Made by a program: the position numbers and the translations under genes. The notes beneath the pieces were generated by a model, which saw only the letters and a program-made list of their open reading frames with translations, made no database searches and was not told where the DNA came from. Below are positions 1-9,111 of a stretch of 42,036 bases of DNA, piece after piece. Source of the stretch: a virus (Duplodnaviria > Caudoviricetes); the IMG/VR virus record IMGVR_UViG_3300049023_000062, positions 1-42,036 of that record. One strand, 5' to 3'. Within the stretch, counting starts at the first letter, position 1, and every line of letters begins with the position of its first letter.

Positions 1-2
1 GC

Positions 3-35
3 AACCGGGAGCTAGATGACGACATCCCGTTCTGA
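3..35 (+). CDS. ssb: Single-stranded DNA-binding protein, C-terminal end (partial)
   Basis: Translates NRELDDDIPF*, the conserved acidic SSB C-terminal tail. Confidence 0.7.
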   Translation, partial: NRELDDDIPF

Positions 36-42
36 CGTCACC

Positions 43-76
43 ACCGCCCCGGGCTAGAGCGTCCGGGGCGGTTTTT
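43..76 (+). terminator. Rho-independent terminator after ssb
   Basis: ACCGCCCCGG/CCGGGGCGGT 10-bp stem followed by a T-run. Confidence 0.75.
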
Positions 77-91
77 CCAAACGGAGATCAC

Positions 92-454
92 ATGCTCAAA
101 AATCTGCTGATCCGCTTATTTCCAAAAAAGGTCGCCGACGTGACAATCACGATCACTCCAGGCGAAGGCGGCCTGCGCGAGATGGTCGGCGACGTCCGGC
201 GGAGCCTGACGGTCGTTCCAGGTCGACCAGCGACGCCGCCGATGCACGACGCCGAATACCTCGTATGGCGCCGCGACCAGCGCGGCCAGGCGCAACCGTC
301 GCTCTGGATGCTGGATCCCAGGAAGATGTCCGACTGGCCGCAGGAGCGCGATCGCACGATCGCGATCGTCTCACTCACCGAGGCCGACCGGAGGATGAAC
401 TTCGCCGACATCGTCGCCGCCCATCCATGCCCAACCCAAGGAGAGTTCGAATGA
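92..454 (+). CDS. Hypothetical phage protein
   Basis: 120-aa ORF preceded by a GGAG RBS; first of a chain of overlapping ORFs. Confidence 0.7.
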   Translation: MLKNLLIRLFPKKVADVTITITPGEGGLREMVGDVRRSLTVVPGRPATPPMHDAEYLVWRRDQRGQAQPSLWMLDPRKMSDWPQERDRTIAIVSLTEADRRMNFADIVAAHPCPTQGEFE

Positions 455-774
455 GGGGAAAATTCGAAATCAAGCAAAAGCCGGAGGAAGTCGCTCCCGA
501 ACATGAGGAGGCCTACTCCGAGGTCTGCGACCAGATCATGAAAGCGGTTTTGCGCCAGGCCGCGGAGCTCAGGCACGTCACCATCATGCGCGATCTCCCG
601 ATCGCGCTCCAGATGAACGCCATGCTGGTCGGCTCCTTCTGCGGCGGGATTTTACCGCTGCTGGCGATGTCGGATCCCCGGGGCGATGACGAGATCGCCG
701 AAGGCCTTGCAAAACAGATGCGCGCGATGGTCAAGCAAGCCCGCGAAATCGCGAGCAAGGTGCCGAGACCATGA
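451..774 (+). CDS. Hypothetical protein
   Basis: Start MRGKFE at 451 overlaps the previous stop (ATGA); AGGAG upstream. Confidence 0.7.
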   Translation: MRGKFEIKQKPEEVAPEHEEAYSEVCDQIMKAVLRQAAELRHVTIMRDLPIALQMNAMLVGSFCGGILPLLAMSDPRGDDEIAEGLAKQMRAMVKQAREIASKVPRP

Positions 775-1118
775 TCGAGCGCCAGGAAAAGGACGATCGC
801 ATCGTCTACGGCGCGAACTGCGCCTGGTGGGGCGGGATCGAGGATATCGGGCGGATCGATACCGCCATCCAGGGCAGGCCAGCGAGCCTACCCTGCTGTC
901 CGGCCTGCCGCGGAATGCTGTTCGAAGTCCCGGACGCCAAGACCTGGTGGGCGAGCGTCGACAAGTACGCCAGGGAGAACAGCGATCCCGGATACCGCGG
1001 CTTCGTCGAGTGGCTGCGGCTCAAACACTTCAAAGACTTCAGCGAGGCGCGGGAGGTTTACAACGCCGGCGCCGATAAGCGACCAGGGCGGGTCAAGGTC
1101 AGGGGATTGCGGCCATGA
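771..1118 (+). CDS. Hypothetical protein, possible Zn-binding
   Basis: ATGA coupling; CAWW and CPAC motifs. Confidence 0.7.
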   Translation: MIERQEKDDRIVYGANCAWWGGIEDIGRIDTAIQGRPASLPCCPACRGMLFEVPDAKTWWASVDKYARENSDPGYRGFVEWLRLKHFKDFSEAREVYNAGADKRPGRVKVRGLRP

Positions 1119-1348
1119 CGAAACTGACGCGGCGCGAGCGGCGCTTCCTCGCCGCGATGCTGCCAGATGGCACGGTCGCCACCGGAACGCACGTAGGCAA
1201 AGATTTGCGCGCCCGCGGCCTCGTCAGCGAAGTCCGGTGGGGCAGGCTCGGCCTGACAGACGCTGGCCGGGAAGCGATCTCACAATATCCGGAGAGCGCC
1301 TGGCGCAACCCCAGCGACGCAAGCATAAAGCGGAGATCACCACGATGA
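1115..1348 (+). CDS. Small hypothetical protein, possibly winged-helix-like
   Basis: ATGA coupling; LRARGLV...LTDAGREA pattern. Confidence 0.55.
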   Translation: MTKLTRRERRFLAAMLPDGTVATGTHVGKDLRARGLVSEVRWGRLGLTDAGREAISQYPESAWRNPSDASIKRRSPR

Positions 1349-1764
1349 AGCGGGCAAAGTTCGCTGTCGACACTAAGGTGCCCGTCGCCCAGACGCGCGC
1401 CGAGATCGAGCATGAACTCGCGCGGTTCGGCGCCTCCTCGTTCGCCTATGCAATGCAGCCGGACAAGGCCTCCATCCTTTTCGAGTTCGGCGGCCGCCGC
1501 GTGCGCTTCGATCTCCTGCTGCCGCGCGCAGAGAACGAAGCCAAGACGGCAAAGGCGCACCGATCGAAATGGCGTGCGCTGCTGCTGTCGATCAAGGCGA
1601 AGCTGGTATCGGTCGACACCGAGATCGAGACATTCGAGGAAGCCTTCCTCGCGCATGTCGTGCTCGCCGACGGATCGAAGGTCGGCGACGCGGTGAAGCC
1701 GGCGCTGATCGAGCAGTACAAAACCGGCAGGATGACGCCCCTGCTGCTTGGAGGTCCGAAGTGA
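1345..1764 (+). CDS. Conserved phage hypothetical protein
   Basis: Start MKRAKF after GCGGAGATCA RBS; WRALLLSIKAKL...TFEEAFL motif recalled from phage early regions. Confidence 0.75.
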   Translation: MKRAKFAVDTKVPVAQTRAEIEHELARFGASSFAYAMQPDKASILFEFGGRRVRFDLLLPRAENEAKTAKAHRSKWRALLLSIKAKLVSVDTEIETFEEAFLAHVVLADGSKVGDAVKPALIEQYKTGRMTPLLLGGPK

Positions 1765-1925
1765 GCACAGAACTGCATGACGTCTGGGAGCGCCTCGTCC
1801 GTCAGGCCGCCGAGGCAGCGAACTTGACATACGAGGAGGTCGTCGAACGGCTGGAAGCGGGGCAGGCGGAGATCGAGATCCGGTTCACGGTGTCGCGCGA
1901 CGAGAGGGACTACGACCATGGGTGA
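1761..1925 (+). CDS. Small hypothetical protein (54 aa)
   Basis: GTG start overlapping the previous stop, GGAGG RBS. Confidence 0.55.
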   Translation: MSTELHDVWERLVRQAAEAANLTYEEVVERLEAGQAEIEIRFTVSRDERDYDHG

Positions 1926-3060
1926 TTTTATTGTCGAGAGGGTCAACGAACCAATTCGGGCATGGGAGTACGACGGCACCGGTCGCGCGACCTGGAGTGA
2001 AGATCGATCGACGTGGCCTGCTTGGCTGCAGACAGAGACGTCGCGCCTTCGGTTCTCGAACGGCGGCCTCCTTTTCTTCCACCGGCATGGTCGCGCCGAC
2101 GATCGCCAGATCGTTCACAAGGGCGAATTTTTAGTTCTCGACGCAGGCGAGTTGCGGCACTTCGGCAGCAAGGCCGCCTTTGATCGTAGCTATTTGCCGA
2201 TCACACCGACCGGCAAAAACCCAGGGGAGAAAAACCTGATGCAGACGGTGATGGACTACACGTTTCCGGACCAGGCGGCGTGCGACCGCTTCTACTACTC
2301 GACCGACCTCGCGCAGGGACAGTCACCTGGACAACTGCAGCGCCCGGTGCTCGGCACCTGGAGCGGCGAGAGCTATGCCGACGTCATCATCACGCCGAAC
2401 GACGCGAACCGCACGCTCTGGTGGGACGGCAACCACGTCAATTTCGGCTTCGTCAATCTCGGCTTCGTGTCGTGGTTTCAGAACCAAGATCCCGGAGCGC
2501 CGCCGGACACGCGCGCCTGGCCCGACGTCGCCGACCTGACGGACGCGGAGCTCATCTTCACCGTCCGCGGTTATGACATCTATCTGCCAGGACAGGTTCG
2601 GATCGGCCTCTGGTTGCAGGCGCAATTGCCTGGCTGGAGCAACAGCGGGTTTGCCGGACCGATCACGCGCGTTTACTGCAACTATTTCCAGACCGCCGAT
2701 CTGCTTGATGATGCGCTCGGTTTCGGCGGCCGCGGCATGGCGATCCCGCGCACCGTCGAGGGCGTGCGCTTCACGCCATGGCGCGACTGGCGCGTTCGGC
2801 TCTCGCCCAACGATTGGATGTGGCGCGCGATGGGGACGCGTCTGTCCAAGAGCGGGATCAGCTACCAGCCGAGCTATGACTTCGCCTACGGCGCGGCGCC
2901 GTCGGTCGCCGACATTCTGTCGGCGCCGATCAAGGCCAACATGGGCATCATGTTCGCGTGGCCTAAGTCGACGCCGGACGTCAACGCCGCGCCGGCCCCG
3001 ACGCCGTGTCCGATCTTCGGTCGCCTGCAGATCAAGCGCGTGCGGCTGCTCACGCCGTGA
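1918..3060 (+). CDS. Hypothetical protein, aromatic- and beta-rich; possible internal start at 2238
   Basis: 380-aa ORF within the operon chain. Confidence 0.7.
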   Translation: MGDFIVERVNEPIRAWEYDGTGRATWSEDRSTWPAWLQTETSRLRFSNGGLLFFHRHGRADDRQIVHKGEFLVLDAGELRHFGSKAAFDRSYLPITPTGKNPGEKNLMQTVMDYTFPDQAACDRFYYSTDLAQGQSPGQLQRPVLGTWSGESYADVIITPNDANRTLWWDGNHVNFGFVNLGFVSWFQNQDPGAPPDTRAWPDVADLTDAELIFTVRGYDIYLPGQVRIGLWLQAQLPGWSNSGFAGPITRVYCNYFQTADLLDDALGFGGRGMAIPRTVEGVRFTPWRDWRVRLSPNDWMWRAMGTRLSKSGISYQPSYDFAYGAAPSVADILSAPIKANMGIMFAWPKSTPDVNAAPAPTPCPIFGRLQIKRVRLLTP

Positions 3061-3587
3061 CCGTCGTCCGGCTCGAGGATCGGCACGTCGATTTTGCCGA
3101 CACGTTAGCGAACCGCCGCCACGCGGCGGCGGTTCGTCGTAACAGGCCGGCATCGAACGGTGCTCCGACAGATAATCGCAAGGCTCTTGGCATCCACATC
3201 CTCGGCGCGCGGGCGGAGTGCGCTAGCTACCTTTACCTCAGCCCGGTCAAATGGAATGCCTACGCTGAGAACCTCGACGACCTCGCCGACCTTGACGACT
3301 TCATAGATGCCAAGGGCATCGACAAGCCAGGGCTTCGACTGACTATCCAGCGACACAAAAACCCGTCGTGGGCATTCCTGCTGGTTCTGGCGGACCCGCA
3401 TCCGTACTACCGAATGGTCGGATGGGAGTGGGGACGCGAGGTGATGATCCCATCGAACTGGAGCGATCCCAGCAAGAAAACCGGACGGAGCCGTCCGGCT
3501 TATTTTGTAGCCCCCAGACGCGACGCTAGCGAGCTACGCGACATCCTCCGCGATCGACAGAACCGCCGCCTCCTATCGAACGAATAA
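3057..3587 (+). CDS. Hypothetical protein, possible PD-(D/E)xK nuclease fold
   Basis: GTGA overlap; GARAECA helix followed by AD...IDAKG. Confidence 0.55.
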   Translation: MTVVRLEDRHVDFADTLANRRHAAAVRRNRPASNGAPTDNRKALGIHILGARAECASYLYLSPVKWNAYAENLDDLADLDDFIDAKGIDKPGLRLTIQRHKNPSWAFLLVLADPHPYYRMVGWEWGREVMIPSNWSDPSKKTGRSRPAYFVAPRRDASELRDILRDRQNRRLLSNE

Positions 3588-3617
3588 TCGACGCCGCAAA
3601 CGAACGGAGAATCGACA

Positions 3618-3833
3618 ATGAACTGGCAGCCGACCGCGATTGACGACCGCTGGAATGCACCGGAGGGGATCGAACTGATGACCAAGATCGATGACGGGCA
3701 CGGCGAGCGCAACGTCGCCAGGCTCACGCGCCGCGGCAATCTCTGGTTCACAGATCCAAAAGACGGGGTGTACGTCTACTACACGCCGACGCACTGGAAG
3801 CCGACGATCAACGACGGAGAGCTACCGAAATGA
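3618..3833 (+). CDS. DUF551-like small phage protein
   Basis: N-terminal WQP...APEG and C-terminal PTHWKP motifs. Confidence 0.65.
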   Translation: MNWQPTAIDDRWNAPEGIELMTKIDDGHGERNVARLTRRGNLWFTDPKDGVYVYYTPTHWKPTINDGELPK

Positions 3834-4005
3834 GCGATATCGAGCAACTCCGCGAAGGGCTGGAGGCGGCAATTCGGGCGGCCAAACTCGCCCTGTTCGT
3901 CATCCGCAAGCAAGGCGTGATATGCCCAACAGCAGTTGGGAAGCCGGGTTTGAGAAAGACATGAAGACCGCGGAAGCGGCGCTGGTCGCTTTGGCGCGCA
4001 CATGA
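3830..4005 (+). pseudogene. Small ORF apparently split by a frameshift at ~3920
   Basis: MSDIEQL...RKQGV continues most naturally into MPNSSWEAGFEK... in another frame across GTGATATG. Confidence 0.35.
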
Positions 4006-4071
4006 GCAGCGATCGGCAGCTACGTAGTCGACCGGATATCGGTTGCAGGAGCGCGGCTCCATAACTGGAGC

Positions 4072-4167
4072 ATGAGAAGCACCGCAAACGTCTGGCTCGC
4101 ATGCATCGGGACAAGCCTCGCTGGACTGATAGGTGCGCTCGTCCTCCTGCTCTGCCAGCGCATCTAA
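4072..4167 (+). CDS. Putative 31-aa membrane peptide
   Basis: MRSTANVWLACIGTSLAGLIGALVLLLCQRI; one hydrophobic helix, just before the terminator. Confidence 0.35.
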   Translation: MRSTANVWLACIGTSLAGLIGALVLLLCQRI

Positions 4168-4198
4168 AGCGTCGATCGACGCGGCAAATTCCAGGCAC

Positions 4199-4238
4199 AA
4201 AAAAAGGCCCGACCCCGCGTGAGCGAGGCCGGGCTTTT
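4199..4238. terminator. Bidirectional terminator between the convergent early and late units
   Basis: A-run, GGCCCG...CGGGCT stem, T-run. Confidence 0.75.
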
Positions 4239-4309
4239 AAGTCTAGGGAGGAAACGCGGGCTAGAGGCCTGCGGGGTCAACCGCACGATCGAGACCGAGC
4301 GGAAGCTAT

Positions 4310-4738
4310 TTAGAAGGTCAGGATCCAGAACACCGCCATGACCGCGACGGTTGCGATCCAGTAGCGGTGGCCCGCCCAATCTTCCGTGAAGATGTACGCG
4401 CATCGCAGGCAGGCGAGCAGCAGCATGACGCCTCCGACAATGAACAGCGCAGCAACGACTTCGGCGGTCGACGGTCCGAACTTCAGCGCCGTCCAGGCGG
4501 CGCCGGCGCGGATCGCTTCGCCGAGGAAAAGCCAGAACAGAACGCAGGCGGTCCGGACGCCAGGCGTCTCATGGTATCGACGCCAGCCACCGACATAGAC
4601 GCCGTCGCCGATCGTGGCCGCAAGCCGCTGCCAAAGAAAAAGCCCGGTCGCGATGACCAGGCTGATGTTCAGCGGGAGAAGTTGACCATTCACCCATTCG
4701 CGGATGAGCAAATTGTTTCGCAAGATTTCATCCATCAC
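4310..4738 (-). CDS. Multi-pass membrane protein, last gene of the lysis region
   Basis: About four hydrophobic segments. Confidence 0.7.
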   Translation of the reverse strand: MMDEILRNNLLIREWVNGQLLPLNISLVIATGLFLWQRLAATIGDGVYVGGWRRYHETPGVRTACVLFWLFLGEAIRAGAAWTALKFGPSTAEVVAALFIVGGVMLLLACLRCAYIFTEDWAGHRYWIATVAVMAVFWILTF

Positions 4739-4961
4739 GATGCTTCACCGCCGGCGCCTCGAGCCCAGAGAATGCTGAAGATTTAATCTGGCGCACCGCT
4801 TCGCGCAATTGTCCATTCGCTTGATGGTTGCGTCGGCTCACCGCTATCGCACGGGAACTCTCGGCTTTGTGCTCGATCGCAGACCGAACCACGTCCAGGC
4901 TTTCGCCCGTATCCCGCGCGTTGGAAAAGAACTCGGCGAGGCGCATGAGCCATCTCCTCAT
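4728..4961 (-). CDS. Hypothetical protein in the lysis region
   Basis: 77-aa ORF overlapping both neighbours. Confidence 0.6.
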   Translation of the reverse strand: MRRWLMRLAEFFSNARDTGESLDVVRSAIEHKAESSRAIAVSRRNHQANGQLREAVRQIKSSAFSGLEAPAVKHRDG

Positions 4962-5416
4962 ATGACGCCGTCCTTGATCAAGCGATCCCGGATGGTGCGA
5001 GTTGTTCCGTCGAGGTTTCGGGTCGCCTCCGCCTGCGAGGCAATGACCCGACTATGGTCTTCGATTTTGACAACGAGATCGCGGCTTCGCTCCTTCGCAT
5101 CATCGGCCTGCTCCTTCAGCCGCTCGGTGAGGCGATCGAAGGCGGCGGCCATCAGGCGAACAGCATCCGCGAGCTCCTCGGTTACGCGGTTCTGTTCTTC
5201 CTGCGCTTTGGTCGCTGCGGCCTGCGCGTTGGCGGCGTTGTTCAACGCGTCCTTCAGCGTATCGCGCTCTGCCAGCCGAAATCCATACACCTTGTTGGCA
5301 TGCTTCCACTGCATACCGACGGCGGTCGACAGACCGAGGATCGCGGTGCCCATCATGCCTATAAACCAGGTCGCTGCGGAACCGAGCTCTTTAGCAACTT
5401 CAGGATCAGCGGCCAT
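4958..5416 (-). CDS. Single-TM coiled-coil protein, holin or antiholin candidate
   Basis: N-terminal TM (WFIGMMGTAILGLSTAVG) then heptad-rich helix; follows the spanins. Confidence 0.6.
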   Translation of the reverse strand: MAADPEVAKELGSAATWFIGMMGTAILGLSTAVGMQWKHANKVYGFRLAERDTLKDALNNAANAQAAATKAQEEQNRVTEELADAVRLMAAAFDRLTERLKEQADDAKERSRDLVVKIEDHSRVIASQAEATRNLDGTTRTIRDRLIKDGVI

Positions 5417-5425
5417 TGAGCTAGG

Positions 5426-5983
5426 TCACCTTCTTGGATGCAAAAGGGCATCAACCGGGTCTTGTGGTGGCAGCGGCGCCGGAACGGGCGCCGCCGGGGC
5501 GGCGCGAGGCGCCGGTGGATCGGTGATCAGAGCCGGCAGCTGAACCACCGGCGGCTGCGGACGCATGGGTGAGGCCGCCAGAGGCTCTGGCGCGGGCGCC
5601 GCCTGGGCGGACCTGGGACCGATCCGATCGCGGATCCGCTTGATGATCCCCCGGCGCTTCGGCGGCGGCGGAGGAGCCGCCACCTGGCGCGTCGCCGGCG
5701 GCGCGTCGAGCGACGCCGGACGCGGACCAGGGCGCGGGAACCCGCAGGCGGCGACGCCGGCCTCGACCTCGCCATCGATCCAGTCCTGGTCGGTCTGGGT
5801 CTTGCCGAGGATCACGTGAGGAGGCCGCTCCATCACGCGACACTCACCGCCCTCCACACTGTCCGGTCGATTGGTCCCAGCGCATCCCGCGAGCGCGACA
5901 GTCAAGAACAGCGGAACGAGCTTCGCTCGCGCGCTTGATTGCCTTCTCGTCCTGCCGTGCAATATCAGCGATCGCTCGCGCAT
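5426..5983 (-). CDS. Rz1-like outer-membrane lipoprotein (o-spanin)
   Basis: Lipobox LAGC, Cys residues, Pro-rich tail; overlaps the Rz-like gene in another frame; start uncertain. Confidence 0.65.
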   Translation of the reverse strand: MRERSLILHGRTRRQSSARAKLVPLFLTVALAGCAGTNRPDSVEGGECRVMERPPHVILGKTQTDQDWIDGEVEAGVAACGFPRPGPRPASLDAPPATRQVAAPPPPPKRRGIIKRIRDRIGPRSAQAAPAPEPLAASPMRPQPPVVQLPALITDPPAPRAAPAAPVPAPLPPQDPVDALLHPRR

Positions 5984-6113
5984 AGCCCCTCTCCCAAACC
6001 GTCTTGTGCCAAACCCCGTAGGCAATCCCGACCACCGCCAGCACGACGCCGGCGGAGATCAATTTCGTCGTCAGTGACGCTCCACTGAGCGCGAGACCTA
6101 GCATCTGCATCAT
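5844..6113 (-). CDS. Rz-like inner-membrane spanin (i-spanin)
   Basis: ATGA overlap with the endolysin stop; N-terminal TM, helical periplasmic part, C-terminal Cys pair. Confidence 0.65.
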   Translation of the reverse strand: MMQMLGLALSGASLTTKLISAGVVLAVVGIAYGVWHKTVWERGYARAIADIARQDEKAIKRASEARSAVLDCRARGMRWDQSTGQCGGR

Positions 6114-7531
6114 TGCCGCTCTCCGTTGACCACCGCCTGGGTCGACGCCTTGATCGCCTGCAGCGAGTTGTAGGCGATGAAGGCCAGGCCGGCGCCGACC
6201 AGGCCGAGCCAAACGCCGATCGGAACGTGCGCGACATACTCCCAGGCCCTAGACATCAGCCCGGGATGGTCGTCGACAACATCCTTGTGGTCGGTGAAAA
6301 ACTCCCAGGCCTGCATCGCATAGCCGGAGAGCGCATCCCAGAGCGCGCCGAAAAATGCGACCACAGATCCCCAGAGCGCGGCGATCCAGTTTCGCTTCGC
6401 CGGCACCGTCTCGGGAGCGAGCTCCTTGACGATCTCCGGCTTCGCTTCCGCCCGGGCTTTCGAGACCGGCCGAAACCAGTTCTCCTGCTCCGCCTCGGCG
6501 AGCTCCGCCACGACTTCGTCAGCGATCTCGTGGAACTCCGCCAGGCTAACCGGAAGTGGGAGGCGCAGCCCGCGATCGTTCATGAACGCGCTGAGAGCGC
6601 CGCTCGTGCCGCCGCCCCAGAGACCATCCAGGACGCCAGGCGAATAGCGCCGCGCCTTGAGGCGCGTTTGCACGTCGAGCAGGACGGCATCGCCGCGGCC
6701 TTGGACCGGCTGCACGTTCGGCGGCGCCTCGGCCGGATCGACCAGGTCGGTCATCTCGGCCTCGACCGGATCCCCCGCCGCCGGCTCGGGAGCCGACTCG
6801 GCATAGACCGATACCGCCGCCGTCGCGTCATAGCCCTTCAGGACGTCTAGCGCCTTCGCGTAGTACTGGATGAACTCCTTCAGCCCGTTGGTCCCGCCAT
6901 TGATAACGCGGCGGTTCGCCGCCAGGCTGTCGCGGAGCGCCTGGCCGGAGCCGTTGATCGCATCGGCGGTGCGGTTCGCCCGCGCGTCCTGCCCCCACTC
7001 CAAGTACGCCGCCTTGAAAGCGGTGTCCGGCTGATGCAGGAGCTCGGGATGCTCGACCAGCGGAAGGCCGGTCCGCTTCGCCATCGCGGCATAATTGCTC
7101 TTGCCGGTGCATTGCATCATGCCGCCGCCGCGGTAGAGCCAGCCGTCGTTCGGACCGGTGTTCTTGAACTCCTTCGCCTTGGTCGGATTGCCGACGCCAT
7201 AGACGCGGTTGAACAGGACCGGACCGCGCTTCGCCACCGGGAGCGCAGCAATCCGCTTTGCCTCGGCCGCGGTGACCTTCGCCGAGTGCTTGCCGACGCC
7301 GAAGATCTTCATGATCGTCGCTTCGCGGTAGGCGCCGCTCTCCGACAGGATCTGCAGGCCGCCGGTCTCGGTCATGATCTGACCGATGAAGGCAGCCGCC
7401 CGCTTGCGCGTCGTGACCTTCGCCTGAGAGACGGCCTCCGGCCATCCGCGGACGATCGCGTCGACGAGATCGGCGCGCGGCGCCGCTCCGAGCGTCTTTG
7501 CGATCGCTCGGACCTGAGATGCGGTGATCAT
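6110..7531 (-). CDS. Endolysin: GH19 (chitinase-like) domain, peptidoglycan-binding domain, C-terminal TM segments
   Basis: ETGG, YRGGGMMQCTGKSNY and INGGTNG motifs; VQTRL...DGLWGGGT PG-binding motif. Confidence 0.88.
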   Translation of the reverse strand: MITASQVRAIAKTLGAAPRADLVDAIVRGWPEAVSQAKVTTRKRAAAFIGQIMTETGGLQILSESGAYREATIMKIFGVGKHSAKVTAAEAKRIAALPVAKRGPVLFNRVYGVGNPTKAKEFKNTGPNDGWLYRGGGMMQCTGKSNYAAMAKRTGLPLVEHPELLHQPDTAFKAAYLEWGQDARANRTADAINGSGQALRDSLAANRRVINGGTNGLKEFIQYYAKALDVLKGYDATAAVSVYAESAPEPAAGDPVEAEMTDLVDPAEAPPNVQPVQGRGDAVLLDVQTRLKARRYSPGVLDGLWGGGTSGALSAFMNDRGLRLPLPVSLAEFHEIADEVVAELAEAEQENWFRPVSKARAEAKPEIVKELAPETVPAKRNWIAALWGSVVAFFGALWDALSGYAMQAWEFFTDHKDVVDDHPGLMSRAWEYVAHVPIGVWLGLVGAGLAFIAYNSLQAIKASTQAVVNGERQ

Positions 7532-7541
7532 GGATGCCTCC

Positions 7542-8552
7542 TTATGCCTTGATCTCTTCGATCAAGAGCGAGCAAACCTGCGAACCGCCCAACAAGCGGG
7601 CGGCGCTGGCGCCGTTGACAGACACCGCGCCTTCGGCGCCGCCCATGCGGACGCTGATGGTTTGCGCCGTGATCGCGCCGGGCGTGTACTCGCAGACGAT
7701 GTGCCAGACCGCTTTGTGATCCGCGGCAGCAATCGTGACGCACTGCGCGCCGATGTTCGCAGATCCAGCAAAGATCGAGGCGATGGCATTTCGCGCGCCG
7801 GATGCAGAGCAGGTGCCGCGGAACGTGCATCGCAGCTTGTTGGTGGTCGACTTCGGCGTGAACGAGGTCGTCAGGATCTGATCGCCCTCGGTGTTAGTCG
7901 GCGACGTGTCATCAACCGGCACCGCCACCGACGAAGTGAAAAACGAGGACAGGATCGTCAGGCTAGAGCCGACGATCGAGCCTGGAACGGCGGTGGTACC
8001 GGCGACGATCAGCGCCGAGAGCGCCGCGACCGCAGCATCCGCATAGGCGGTGTTGGCGATCCTGGTGTTGTTGGTCAGCGCGGATTGGTTCGGCGCGGTC
8101 GGATTGCCGGTCAGCGCGGGCGAGGCCAGCGGCGCTTTAGCTGCCAGTGCGGCGGTGATCGTCGCGGCGAAGTTCGCATCGTCGCCGAGCGCGGCGGCGA
8201 GCTCGTCCAGCGTGTTGAGCGCGCCCGGGGCGGCGTCGATCAGCGCGTTGATGGCGGCCTGGACGAACGCCGTGGTGGCGATCTGCTGGGTGTTGGTGCC
8301 AGCGAGCGCCGTCGGCGCCGTCGGCGTTCCGGTCAGAACCGCGTTCAGCGCGAGCAGCCAGGTCGACTTCGACAAAAACTGGATGAGCCCGTCCGAACCG
8401 AGCGCCAGCACGCGATCCGGCGTGACCGTCTCGGTATCGAGCAGCGCGAGCAGTCCGGTCAGGTCGTGAGGGTCGTTCCAATCACCGGGCTGCACCTGGT
8501 TCGGATTGCCGTTGCTGGCGCCGGCCAGGTTCTTCTTGTGCTTGATAGCCAT
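7542..8552 (-). CDS. Tail fibre protein
   Basis: LTGTPTAPT / SPALTGNPTAP repeats and APGALNTLDELAAALGDDANFA fibre motif. Confidence 0.85.
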   Translation of the reverse strand: MAIKHKKNLAGASNGNPNQVQPGDWNDPHDLTGLLALLDTETVTPDRVLALGSDGLIQFLSKSTWLLALNAVLTGTPTAPTALAGTNTQQIATTAFVQAAINALIDAAPGALNTLDELAAALGDDANFAATITAALAAKAPLASPALTGNPTAPNQSALTNNTRIANTAYADAAVAALSALIVAGTTAVPGSIVGSSLTILSSFFTSSVAVPVDDTSPTNTEGDQILTTSFTPKSTTNKLRCTFRGTCSASGARNAIASIFAGSANIGAQCVTIAAADHKAVWHIVCEYTPGAITAQTISVRMGGAEGAVSVNGASAARLLGGSQVCSLLIEEIKA

Positions 8553-8562
8553 GGGGATGCCC

Positions 8563-9096
8563 TTATGCGAATGCGGCGTCGACCTGCGCCTTGGTGGTGA
8601 TGCTGCCGCTCTCGATCGAGGTCAGGACGTCGGCGTAGGTGGCGAAACAGGTCCGCACGTGCTCGAGCACGGCATCCGACAGCGCCGTCACCAGCGCGGC
8701 ATTCAGCGCGTGTAGCGTGCCGTCCGCAGCCACCCATGTCGTCGTGAAGTCAGGATTTGCCATCGCCGCCACCCGGGCGCCGAGGATCATCTGCTTGGAG
8801 CGGTCGTCGGTGGAAATCGTCATGCCGCCAACGGAGATGCCGCCGACCTCCTTCTGCCAGCGACGCTGCGCCGCGTAGGAGATCAGCGAGATGCCGAGCC
8901 CCAGCGGCGCCAGACCTTCAAGCAACGACGCTTCGGTCTGACTGCCGTCCGGATTGCGCGCCCAGGTCGCGGGCGCGTATTGCGAGACGAACGCCTGGTA
9001 GTCCTCGTCTTGCTCGTCGACAACGATGCCTCGCTCGGACGAGAACACGCGGCCATCGTCCGCACGCCAGAACCACCTGTTGAGGTCGATGAGCAT
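8563..9096 (-). CDS. DUF4376-like tail-fibre-associated protein
   Basis: YAAQRRWQKEVGGI...TDDRS...W.AADG motif; lies between two fibre genes. Confidence 0.75.
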   Translation of the reverse strand: MLIDLNRWFWRADDGRVFSSERGIVVDEQDEDYQAFVSQYAPATWARNPDGSQTEASLLEGLAPLGLGISLISYAAQRRWQKEVGGISVGGMTISTDDRSKQMILGARVAAMANPDFTTTWVAADGTLHALNAALVTALSDAVLEHVRTCFATYADVLTSIESGSITTKAQVDAAFA

Positions 9097-9111
9097 GCGG
9101 ACGATTTCCTA

